Source: Octopus sinensis (taxonomy: Eukaryota). From it: 14,198 bases of DNA. The notes below the pieces were generated by a model, which was not told the origin of the DNA, searched no databases, and saw only the letters and a program-made list of their open reading frames with translations. Below are positions 1 through 9,097 of this stretch, in pieces (the stretch's first letter is position 1; the number at the start of each line of letters is the position of its first letter). The DNA lies in the NCBI RefSeq assembly GCF_006345805.1, contig NW_021825902.1:1-14198 (forward strand), written 5' to 3'. A program made the position numbers and the translations under genes.

Positions 1-82
1 AACATTGAATTCCAATAATAACATTGCATTAAAAATGAGAATAAAATGATTAAAATTTAAAAAATTAAAGTAGGATTCTTAC

Positions 83-112
83 CTTTTGGATCTATCTTTT
101 TTAGCCATGGTC
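83..112 (-). other. Candidate 30-nt micro-exon (minus strand)
   Basis: Minus-strand acceptor cttaccctcttcatcttgtttttattgcAG|G and donor AAG|GTAAGA flank GACCATGGCTAAAAAAGATAGATCCAAAAG. Two frames are open: xPWLKKIDPK, or a Kozak-context accATGg start giving MAKKDRSK. No homology recognised. Confidence 0.35.
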
Positions 113-137
113 CTGCAATAAAAACAAGATGAAGAGG
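105..137 (+). other. Candidate 33-nt micro-exon (plus strand)
   Basis: Acceptor tctatcttttttAG|C at 103-104 and donor AGG|GTAAGT at 138-143. Only frame 0 is open throughout (PWSCNKNKMKR). Overlaps the minus-strand candidate, so at least one may be incidental. Confidence 0.25.
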
Positions 138-174
138 GTAAGTTTCCTTAAGAATAGACACCTCTATTAGTTTT

Positions 175-199
175 TATATATATCTTACAATTTATATAT

Positions 200-268
<69 letters not shown>
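175..268. repeat. (TA)n microsatellite
   Basis: Near-perfect TA run 206-268 with a degenerate TA flank. Confidence 0.97.
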
Positions 269-349
269 CAAATAGTGCACTAAGAATTTTAGACTGCACA
301 ATAATTAACCAATAATAGAACTTCATGTGTATTCCTGTTCATATTATAG

Positions 350-383
350 TCTCTGCATCATTTGGTATCAATCCAGGATTTGG
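350..383 (+). other. Candidate 34-nt exon
   Basis: attatAG|T at 348-349 and GG|GTATGT at 384-389. Open frames xSASFGINPGFG or SLHHLVSIQDL. Phase-compatible with candidate 1258-1337. Confidence 0.25.
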
Positions 384-616
384 GTATGTCACAGAGTACA
401 TGTAGAAAACAAAATAAAACATGAGAGATTATTTATAAGATAATGAGTTACACCACCTGACATATGTTTCGTTAACAAAAAATGATTATTAGTTATATAA
501 TGTAAATTACATCAAAATGTTTTATTAAATCTTAAGAGACATGTAACCATTATACATCATAACATTATTGGATTATTGAATTATTGATAGCATTTGCCAT
601 CATGGGGACAGCAACC

Positions 617-700
617 ATTATCATCAACATATAGTGTCCACTTTTCCATAGTTGGACACCCTTCCTAATGCCAAACTTCAACTGTTTCCAAACAAAGTAA
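617..700 (-). mobile_element. Degenerate SINE-related repeat fragment
   Basis: atcatcaac..gtccacttttccat..cccttcctaatgcca resembles pieces of an abundant cephalopod repeat family (from recall, not checked against a database). Confidence 0.35.
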
Positions 701-805
701 TATTTTCCCCATAACTAGTTATGTTTTTCACAGAAGACTAGAAACAAACAATCTTGCTTTTATGAAGATGATGTAATTTACAATCATCACATGTCTATAC
801 AAAAG

Positions 806-1000
806 TACACACATACACACACACACACATCATAGAGAGAACTGGCTTCTTTCAGTTTCTGTTTACTAAATCCATTTACAAGTATTTGATTGGCACAGAG
901 CTATAGTACAAGACACTAGCCCAAAGTGACATGTAATGGGACTGAACCCAAGACCACATGGCTAGGAAGCAAGCTTCTTAACCACATAGCTATGCATGCA
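806..1000 (-). mobile_element. tRNA-derived SINE with (TG)n tail
   Basis: Minus strand shows Pol III A-box-like TAGCTATGTGG (982-992) and B-box-like GGTTCAGTCCC (938-948), then a CORE-like CTTTGGGCTAGTGTC segment, then GAAACTGAAAGAAGCC and a (TG)n tail (806-830). The body aligns with the copy at 2100-2212. Confidence 0.85.
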
Positions 1001-1253
1001 CCATTTACACTGAAACAGGAGATTGGAAAAAAATTTTGGCATTATTTATTCACTATTACACATATCATTTGCTGATAAGAGATAAAAAATTGTACATGTA
1101 GGAGAAATAAGTAAGACATCTCCTATTAGAAATTCTTCAGACAGAGAATCAAATAATATTTATACACTATTAAAAACACAAATGTATTCTAGTTTTATTC
1201 TTATTCTTTATTACATTCTGCTCATATTTTCATCTAAATACTTCATAATTTGT

Positions 1254-1421
1254 TTAGAACACAAAAGTTCTCAAATCCATCATCAATGTTCCTCCTTGTT
1301 CTTCAATCTCATCTTCTGGATGGAGTTGTTGATATTGGTATGTGTACAAAGTGACAACAGAATTGTTGTTTTGTTGGTGACACTGCTGCAAGAATTTGAA
1401 TTTTTGAGATGGTGCCTCTAC
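1254..1421 (-). CDS. Candidate terminal coding exon of an unidentified gene
   Basis: Acceptor tattattgtAG|G at 1422-1423. Frame 0 gives VEAPSQKFKFLQQCHQQNNNSVVTLYTYQYQQLHPEDEIEEQGGTLMMDLRTFVF* (stop 1254-1256), followed by AATAAA on the minus strand at 1207-1212 and 1194-1199. No family recognised. Confidence 0.3.
   Translation of the reverse strand, partial: VEAPSQKFKFLQQCHQQNNNSVVTLYTYQYQQLHPEDEIEEQGGTLMMDLRTFVF
1258..1337 (+). other. Alternative candidate 80-nt plus-strand exon
   Basis: tttgtttAG|A at 1256-1257 and TTG|GTATGT at 1338. Open frame TQKFSNPSSMFLLVLQSHLLDGVVDI. Conflicts with the minus-strand model. Confidence 0.2.
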
Positions 1422-1641
1422 CTACAATAATATAGCAGCAACTAACACCAACACCAACCCCACCACTCTGTTGAAGATGTGACTGTGAAAGTCTAGAAAA
1501 ACTGATGATACATTTGTCAACTTTAATGCACCAAAACAAACTGCAAGGAACTCATAAGAAAATAAGAGCAGGCTTTGATATAAGAATGATAAAAAACAAG
1601 AACACATGTTTTAGCAGGTTTAAAAGAAAAACTGTTGTTCC

Positions 1642-1731
1642 TGTATGTGCATGTACATATGTATGTGTATATACATGCACACACACGTGTGTGTGTGTAT
1701 GTGTGTGTTGTGTGTGTGCATGTGTTTGTTT
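1642..1731. repeat. Compound (TG)n/(CA)n microsatellite
   Basis: Visible TG, TA and CA dinucleotide runs. Confidence 0.93.
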
Positions 1732-2099
1732 GTTAGCACGAGGTCTGTAATTAGAAATAAATGTGAAGTGAGAATTAGTTTGAATTTGTTTTCATGATAA
1801 ATTGGCAAAACAAATATTCATTTAATGGAAGGGAAGGGGCAAAATAAAGACCAGAAAATTCAAGTAGCATTATGAGTAAGAAAAGTAAGTGCAAACCAAA
1901 GACTTTCAATAGCAAATAAACATTTTGTGTTAGTCAACATACATTATGGTTATGCTGCAGCTGCTAATTTTAGTGAATTGTATTTTAATGAGAGATGACA
2001 AACGGATTTTCACAAACATACAAAATGTTGGAGGAAGAATTTAAGACAAATTGAAACAATTAAGGACCAATACTAAAACCTGCTCAGAACATTTCACTT

Positions 2100-2212
2100 C
2101 TGCATCTTGAGCAAGTGTCCTCTACTACAGCCCAACAAGTCCAAAGACCTGTGAGTAAATTTGGTAGATGATAACTGAAAGCCTGTCACGTATACATGTA
2201 TACATATGCATA
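2100..2212 (+). mobile_element. 5'-truncated copy of the same SINE family as 806-1000
   Basis: CTTGAGCAAGTGTCCTCTACTACAGC...GTGAGTAAATTTGGTAGATGATAACTGAAAGCC aligns with the reverse complement of 841-930, followed by a TA/TG-rich tail. Confidence 0.8.
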
Positions 2213-2489
2213 CCAAAATAGAAGACTAGAAAAATTTGGTGTTATTTTTTCTCCATTGCATAAGTTTCATTACCCATTAGATAATGAAACATAATGGAGA
2301 ATAAAAAATAAAAGTTTTCCAGTCTTGTTTCAATATGTAATCACTCTGCAAAATGTATTTTCCAGGATTTTCCAACTTTCATATAAAATAGATATACAAA
2401 TATACTTTGGAGGACTGGAATAAGCAGATGTGCTTCATGAAGACACAGCTTGGATTATAAACATATCTACATAGTATGTGCATGCACAC

Positions 2490-2706
2490 ATATATATGTT
2501 TGTGTAAGTGAGTTGATGTCTCTTTGTCTTGAAAGCATATGATTGTTGTAAACAAGTATCATTATTGGACAAACTGAGATTTTAATATACAATCTTCCAC
2601 AAAGACATATACAGCCATGAGGAAATATTTCCTTACTTAATAACAAATAGAGCTAGCATCAAAGGCATCCAGCCATAAAAAAATCTGCCTCAACAAATTC
2701 TGTTCA
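2490..2706 (+). mobile_element. 3' portion of a cephalopod-type SINE-like repeat
   Basis: GGAAATATTTCCTTACTT...GGCATCCAGCCATAAAAAAATCTGCCTCAACAAATTC matches my recollection of an abundant octopus repeat. Not verifiable within the window. Confidence 0.45.
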
Positions 2707-2731
2707 TATACATATATATATATATATAAAA

Positions 2732-2771
<40 letters not shown>

Positions 2772-2872
2772 ATTTTTATATATATATTATATTTATATAT
2801 ATATATATATATATTATAAAATATTTTATAATATATATTTTATATATATATATAATATTTTTATATATATAT
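2707..2872. repeat. (TA)n microsatellite
   Basis: Degenerate TA run abutting the 3' end of LINE copy 1. Confidence 0.97.
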
Positions 2873-5800
2873 AACTTAGATAACTTGAATATGTTCGACC
2901 AAAGATTGGTCCAGGCCATGTCTAACTTAATAGCACCACCTGATAGGGTTATTCGAATCCTGTTTAAGTCAAGGTTTTGTTCAAGTAGTGAGTTCTTTCT
3001 TGTTGGGTGAGTTGTATCCAAATATGGGTGGCTTATCTGGTATTCTTTGAAGGAATCTATCCAGACTCCGTTTAAAGTTGATGGGATCCTTTTCCCCCTG
3101 ATCTCCTCGGGACAATGTTAAATAGGGCAGGGCCTGTTGAGGAAAAGAAATTATGTTGCAGTGACATATATGTTGTGATCTTGAATTGGGCAGGGGACGT
3201 ATGCCTGTGGTCCAGTCTTGGATGAACCTTGAAGCTAATGTTAAGGTTGTTAGGGCAAAGTTGGCGGTATATTCTCCACATCGTACAAATGATGGTACTG
3301 CTCACGGCGACGCTGAGAGGTGTAAAGTTTCAAGGCTTTAAGGCGATCCCAATAAAGAGAGAGCAGCCATGCCTTCAATTCGTTTAGTGAGTGCCCTCTG
3401 GGGTGACTCAATCCTGGAGATGTTTTGTCTTGTATGGGGAGACCACAGTGGGCAGCAGTATTCAAGGTGTGGCCGTACAAAGGAGGAGAAAAGTGGTATG
3501 ATGACACCTTGTTCTCTGGACCGGATAGTTCTTAAGATCCAGGAACTCATCCTACGAGCTATATCGACCTTCTTGTTGATGTGTGCACTCCAACTGAGAT
3601 TGTCATCAACAATTACACCCAGGTCACTGATATTGTTAGAGGCTGTGAGCAGTTCCCCTGAAGGAAGAGAGTATGGTTGTTTTAGTGAGGAATTTCAAAT
3701 TTCCCCTCATTCAGTTGCATTTTGTTTCTGTCTGCCCATTGACTCACAGCATATAGATCAGACTGGAGTTGAGTTCGGTCTGCTTCTTCATTGACGATTT
3801 GCTGGAGCTTAGTGTCATCAGCAAATATTTTCACTTTGCAGTAATGTACGACACTGGAAAGGTCATTTATGTAAATTATGAAGAGTAGTGGACCCAAAAC
3901 AGTCCCCTGGGGAACACCGCTGGTGACTTTTGCTGGGCTTCAGTGGACTCCATCAACTACAACATGTTGTGTTCTATTCGCCAGGAAATACTTAATCCAA
4001 TGTAGAACTTTTCCACGGATTCCAACATTTGCCAATTTTGAGAGTAGGATATTATGGTCTACCTGGTCAAACGCTTTACTGAAGTCAAGATATATGACGT
4101 CAGAGTTCGAATCTGTTCCCAAGGCTTTGAGGAGATCTTCACTGTGGTGTAAGAGCTGTGTTAGACAGTCCCTGCCACAGCGAAAGCCATGCTGATTTGC
4201 ATTTAGGAGTTTGTGGGTCTCCAGGAAGTCAGCTATCCTTGATCTTAACACTCTTTCAAACACTTTAATGATGTGGGAGGTGAGTGAGATTGGGCGATAG
4301 TTGACTGCGAGGGATCTGTTTCCCTGTTTGAAAACCGGGATGACCAACTGAGATAGAAACTGTTTCGGTATATAACCTGCGTCTAACGAATTTCTCCAGT
4401 GGTTGGTCAGAGGGACTGCAAGTTGGTATCTACATTCCTTCAGGAGACTAGCGGGAAATCTATCGGGGCCTACAGCAGAGTAATGTTTGACCTCATTTAT
4501 TGCTGCTACGATGTCGGTGGCAGTGAAGGTTATGTCTGAGATTTTGTGTTGGGAGTCAACTTCGTTCGTTTCCCTTACGTCAATATCAGTGGGAACACTA
4601 AAGATAGAGCAGTATTGTTTCTGCAGTATTTCTGCCATTTCTTTAGTATCGTGTTGGGGAATGCCGTTATCATCAATCAATGGCCCAATGGGTGAGACAG
4701 TGGTTCTATGCTTATTTGCATAAGAATAGAACACTTTTGGGTTCTGTTTGATGTTTTTGATTACCCATTGTTCCTCCACAGCTCTTTGATTTTCAATGGA
4801 GGTTTTCATGTTGGTCTGCAGATGAAGTTTTTCCAGCTCTAGTCTTTTCATTGTTGTTGAATGTGGATGTTGTGTGTGGGAATATTTTAATTGGTTGATT
4901 TTTTTGTTGAGTCTTTTGATGCGCCTGATGAGTGTTTTTTTTCTTTTTAGGGAGCCAGTTTCTGTTTGTGTTAGTAGATTTCTTGGGAGCGTGTTTAGAG
5001 CATGTATAGGTGACAATGTTTTCAAAGTGCTGCCACGCGGTCTCAATATGAGAGGAATTGAGAGAAAAAGACCAATCGATGGAAGACAGATCCTTTCTGA
5101 TTGTTCCCCAGTCCGCTTTGTGGAAGTTTATGTTGTCAAATGGGTGCCATGGAGTGGGATTGGCTGGTTTGGTTTTTATATGTCGGGAATAAAGATTGCA
5201 GAGTACCATGTCGTGGTCTGAGAGGAGAGTTTTTTCGACTGAAATACTGTGAACGTAGCTAGAGTGATTGGTCAATACCAGATCCAAGATCGTTTTATTC
5301 TGTCTCGTTGGTTCAAGCACTAGCTGAGTCAGGAAATACTCATCCATCAGATTAAAGAGCAGTTCTGCTGCTGCTCTATCTGATGTAGAGCACTTACCTA
5401 ACTTCAGAGTATTTGTGGGCCAGTTCACATGAGGGAGGTTAAAATCACCCATCATTAGTATGTTTCCGGAGTGGTACTTCCGAAGGAAGGACTTGACTTT
5501 GCTAAGGCACTCTTCAAAGTACTTTAGAGTGCCTGGGGAGGCCTGTAAAGACCAACAATGGTTATGTCCTTGGCTTTGTTTATAGTGATACCGATTCACA
5601 GTAGCCATTGGAAAATATGTCCTTGGCATCAAGTGAAAAGGAGTCATGGATAAAGATGGCTGTCCCTCCCTTATTTCGGTCTGTGCGTCCATATGGGTGT
5701 TGTTCAGGTGAGTCTCGGTAAGGATAAAGAAAGGGAAGCAATGTGCCATTTCGGCAAGCCAACTCTCTATATATGGGATCTTCCATTTTTGGGCAATAAT

Positions 5801-6260
5801 TGATGGGTTGATGCCATGTACATTTAACAGGAATGTCGAGGTAAGGGAAGTTGGTAATGGGTGAGTGGTCCTTGTGATTTGCATAGCTCGCTGGATCTCC
5901 TGGCTTAGGTCGGACTTCATATTTTCTAGGTATGTCAGTAAAAAAGAGTTACTTGTTTGGTTTGCCACTTGGTCAGAGGATACATATTTCATGTTGGCGT
6001 TATTTGGTGTTTTTTCATGGTTCTGTCTACGTTGTTTGATTGTAGGAGGGAAACGTGGTTGTATTTTGTTCTTGTTGTATTCCTAGATTCCTCTGTTCCT
6101 GTTTATATTTATTCTGTGATCGTTTTGTGCCCTCAGATGGTGGTGGTTTGCATTCTGGGTTCAGGCACATCCTTGTGAGATAGAAGTTTGGCACAGTTTA
6201 GGATGGAATAAGGTGCATCCATTACCTTTTATGCATCCGTATTTAGGATCAGAACCATGG

Positions 6261-6264
<4 letters not shown>
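2871..6264 (-). mobile_element. CR1-group non-LTR retrotransposon (LINE copy 1), nearly full length, disrupted
   Basis: APE endonuclease motifs (LNVHG, ILTETHL, DRNKGGTAI, GLYRPP, MGDFNLP, ILDLVLTN, SDH) and RT motifs (NYRPISLTS, QHGFR, YLDFSKAFD, GVPQGTVLGPLLF, FADDTKL). CR1-type C-terminus (LEYCCPLWSP, YWDRLKALKLY). ORF1-like Cys/His remnant at 6130-6240. 3' tail ends AAGTTATCTAAGTTAT then (TA)n. Confidence 0.95.
2990..5992 (-). pseudogene. Disrupted EN-RT polyprotein (ORF2) of LINE copy 1
   Basis: Pieces in ORFs 4793-5992, 5580-5786, 3940-5046, 3682-3897, 3338-3550, 3250-3507 and 3072-3305. In-frame TGA at 3940-3942 (VVDGVH*SPAKVTSGVPQG). Frameshifts near 5680, 5580, 5530, 4950, 3690, 3360 and 3300. 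Confidence 0.92.
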
Positions 6265-6312
<48 letters not shown>

Positions 6313-6323
6313 TATATATATAT
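6265..6323. repeat. (TA)n microsatellite
   Basis: TA run separating LINE copy 1 (5' end) from LINE copy 2 (3' end). Confidence 0.97.
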
Positions 6324-7250
6324 GATTGATTGATTCTAGTTTCAACTCAAGAGCTGTGGCCATGCTGGGGCACCGCCATTTGGTGTTGCTACATGGTTTT
6401 ACTTCACGAATGCTTTTTAGCAACTGCCATTTGGTGCATGAGAGAGTTCGATGCAGCTGCCCTCATCTGCACCTCCTGCCGTGAAGTTGGTTCATCTGGG
6501 ATACCTAACAAGAAGAGATCCAGTTTCATTTTAACGACATCTGCATCCACCCCATGAAGGTCTCTTAGGTTCTTCGGGAGGATATTGAAGAGCTGTGGGC
6601 CTCAGAAGCCCAGGCTATCACAGTATCTTGTCCTACATTTTGATGGCAAATTTGGAGTCCAATGCACCACGCAGTGGCGACCAGTTCTGGCATTTGTGTA
6701 ACTCACGATGCCAAAGTTTGGGACAAGTCCCTCCAGGATCTTCCAGATGTATATTATGGCATATCTTTCTTGCCTACGCTCCAAGGAATATAGTTTTAAT
6801 CTCTTGAGTCTTTCCCAGTAGCTTCTATTCTGCACAGAGGCTATCTTCTTCGTGTAGCTACGTTGGATCGCCTCAAGTTCTGTGATCAACTTGACACTGG
6901 ATGGTGACCATAGCTGAGAGCAATAGTCAAAGTGGCTTTGGACATTGCCAATTTAGCAACATGTACACGAAAGGTTGCGTCATCACTCATGTAAAAACCC
7001 AGGTCACTCACTGATTGTGCCTCTGGGATTGCAATTCCTCCGGGTCCAGTGTATTCATTGGGTATTGCATTTAGTTTTGAATGTTGATAGTATAAAGCTT
7101 GAAACTTTTCAGCATTGAACTGCATGCTATTCTTTTCAGCCCACTTGTATATTTTGTCCAGCTCACATTGCAGGCGTTCAGTGTCCTTAGTGTTCTGTAT
7201 TGCTTGTGTGAAACTTTTGCATCATCTGCATAACCTGTGATCGTGGCTAT
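6324..7250 (-). mobile_element. CR1-group LINE copy 2, 5'-truncated within RT
   Basis: YADD at 7221-7232, then MQFNAEKF, SDLG, DYCSQLWSP, YWERLKRLKLYSLERR, GPQLFN and RAAASNSL. ORF stop at 6404-6406. Internal deletion near 6945. 3' tail (ATCA)n at 6324-6335. Confidence 0.93.
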
Positions 7251-7296
7251 ATAAATATATATATATGTAAATATAAATATATATATATATAAATAT

Positions 7297-7327
<31 letters not shown>

Positions 7328-7383
7328 TATAAATATAATTATATATATAAATATATATAAATATAAAAATATATATAAATATA

Positions 7384-7415
<32 letters not shown>

Positions 7416-7931
7416 AATATATATAATATATATATATAATATAAATATATATAAATATATATATAAATATAAATATATATAAATATAAATATATATAAAT
7501 ATATATATATATAATATAAATATATATAATATATATATATATAAATAAATATAATAAATTATATATATATATAAATATAAAATATAAATATAATACAATA
7601 TAAATATAATATAATTAATATAAATATATATTATATATAATATATATATATATATATATAAATATAAATATATATAAATATATATAAATATAAATATATA
7701 TAAATATATATATATATATAAAATATATAAATATAAAAATATATAAATATATATTATATATATTATATATAAATAAAAATCTATATAAATATATATATAT
7801 TATATATAAATGGAATATATATATATATAAATATAAATATATATATATATAAATATAAAAATATATAAATATATATATATATAATTAAAAATATATACAT
7901 ATATAAATATAAATATATATAAATATATATA
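7249..7931. repeat. Long degenerate (TA)n/(TAAA)n microsatellite
   Basis: About 680 bp composed almost entirely of A and T in TA periodicity. Confidence 0.98.
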
Positions 7932-8392
7932 ATTTCAACAATTGAGGGTAAAATTAATTAATTAATTAATCAATTTCACCAAGTATTCAGTATGCAAAGG
8001 GACCATTTAAGGCGAATTCAAATTATTACATTATATAAAAGGGCTTAGTAAAATAAATTACTTTGCCGCATACTGAACTCGTTAGAAATAGCAGCTAAAA
8101 AAACTTTTTATAAAACTATTTCTAACACTTAAAGAAAAACCTCCTCATATAGTGTTTGCTCAATTCAACTCAAGGAAGTATGAGCAATCAAGGAAGTACG
8201 TACTCAAATAACCTTTGCATTTGATTTTTAAATGTCTCTACCCCCATACTTCCTTGAGTTGAATTGAGCAAACACTATATGAGAGAGGTTTTCTTTAAGT
8301 GTTAGAAATAGTTTTATAAAAAGTTTTTTAGCTGCTATTTCTAACGAGTTCAGTTGCGGCAAAGTAATTTATTTTACTAAGCCTTTTATATA
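7932..8392. repeat. Long inverted repeat, probable Penelope-like terminal fragment with inverted truncated copy
   Basis: Arms 8032-8182 and 8245-8392 are reverse complements differing only by about five single-base indels, with a 62-nt spacer. The left arm extends uniquely to 7932. Both sides are flanked by (TA)n. The PLE assignment is inference from architecture. Confidence 0.85.
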
Positions 8393-8467
8393 TATAATAA
8401 TATATATATAAATATATATATATATAACTATATATATATATAAATATATATAAAGAAAAAAAAAAAA
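8387..8467. repeat. (TA)n tract plus A-run
   Basis: TA run to ~8453, then an A-run at 8456-8467. Confidence 0.93.
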
Positions 8468-8487
8468 GCACCAAGAATGGATCAAAA

Positions 8488-8575
8488 TCTCGGTACGATC
8501 GTTTCGTACGAGGACATCTTTTATAAGCTACAAAAACTGCAGTGAATACAGATGGCTCGTACTCGTCAGCCGAAA
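8488..8575 (-). ncRNA. Type I hammerhead ribozyme
   Basis: Minus strand: stem I UUUCGG (8570-8575), CUGACGA (8563-8569), stem II GUACGAG/CUCGUAC (8556-8562 / 8506-8512), GAAA (8502-8505), palindromic helix III ACGAUCGU, GUA cleavage triplet (8494-8496), stem I CCGAGA (8488-8493). All core nucleotides are intact. Confidence 0.92.
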
Positions 8576-8646
8576 AAACATCAGAGAATTCCCAACATCA
8601 AAAGGGGTAGATACAAAAGAGGTTGTAAGATTAGCTGCATTGAAGA

Positions 8647-9097
8647 AAGTTCGATTCATGAGATCCGATGAAGGTTTTAAACCTACAGAATTTATGCATG
8701 TCTACATATAGCTCATATTGAATATTTGAACAAGTTGTGTGAAGAAATTTTCGGATACAGTCATGCAAAATTTCTGAAAATCCGAGTAGAGCAAAGTGAC
8801 TGCCATATCATGTAGAGGAAAGTCTGAGTAAAAGCAAGTGACTGTCATATCGTGTAGAGGAACAGATTGTTATTGAAATTTACAAGAATCGCAGATAAGT
8901 TCGATTTTTTGGAGATCCGATGAAAAAGTCTTGAACTTACAAAATATGTGTATGTCCTTATAGTTCATAATCCAGTTTTGTGAAGAGATTTAGGGTACAA
9001 TCATGCGAAAAATATCAGAGAATCCGAATGAGAAGCAAAATGACAGTCTTATATTGTAGCGGTTCAGGTTAATGAATTTTACAAGAATCACAGAAAG
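8647..9097. repeat. Diverged ~200-250-bp tandem repeat with internal ~43-bp duplication
   Basis: aagttcgatt..gagatccgatgaa recurs at 8647 and 8897, tcatgc(g)aaaa at 8761 and 9001, and acaagaatc at 8882 and 9081. Sub-duplication gagta..agtgactg(c/t)catatc(a/g)tgtagaggaa lies at ~8784-8862. Confidence 0.85.

Noticed and set aside
930-1000. tRNA gene
   Set aside because: A and B boxes are present but there is no cloverleaf, and it continues into a SINE body with a second copy in the window.
350-1337. FGINPGFG...QSH resemblance to the histidine ammonia-lyase YGxxTGFG...SH region
   Set aside because: The spacing is several residues short, the conserved Tyr and Thr are absent, and the exon model itself is uncertain.
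1502-1508. CTGATGA motifs at 1502, 10810 and 13084, and TCATCAG motifs in the LINEs
   Set aside because: No stem II/GAAA context. Most are simply codons (e.g. ADD of the RT motif).
3369-5221. Plus-strand ORFs over LINE copy 1 (and similar ones over copies 2 and 3 and the PLE, e.g. 11845-12180, 10431-10640)
   Set aside because: Antisense shadows of the real minus-strand coding sequence, with no recognisable motifs.
7296-7598. I/Y-rich ORFs (7296-7598, the N-terminal half of 10685-11554, and the tails of 2776-3021 and 13556-13813)
   Set aside because: They are translations of (TA)n microsatellite, not proteins.
7970-8090. CUAACGA...GAAA on the minus strand as a hammerhead
   Set aside because: The invariant G5 is replaced, seven extra nucleotides separate stem II from GAAA, and no stem I partner exists.
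8660-8945. CCGATGA plus a short hairpin in each tandem unit (plus strand) as hammerheads or C/D boxes
   Set aside because: The core is CCGA rather than CUGA, no GAAA follows the hairpin, and no matching D box or terminal stem was found.
8647-9097. CRISPR-like array
   Set aside because: Long diverged units without short identical repeats or unique spacers, in a eukaryotic context with no cas genes.
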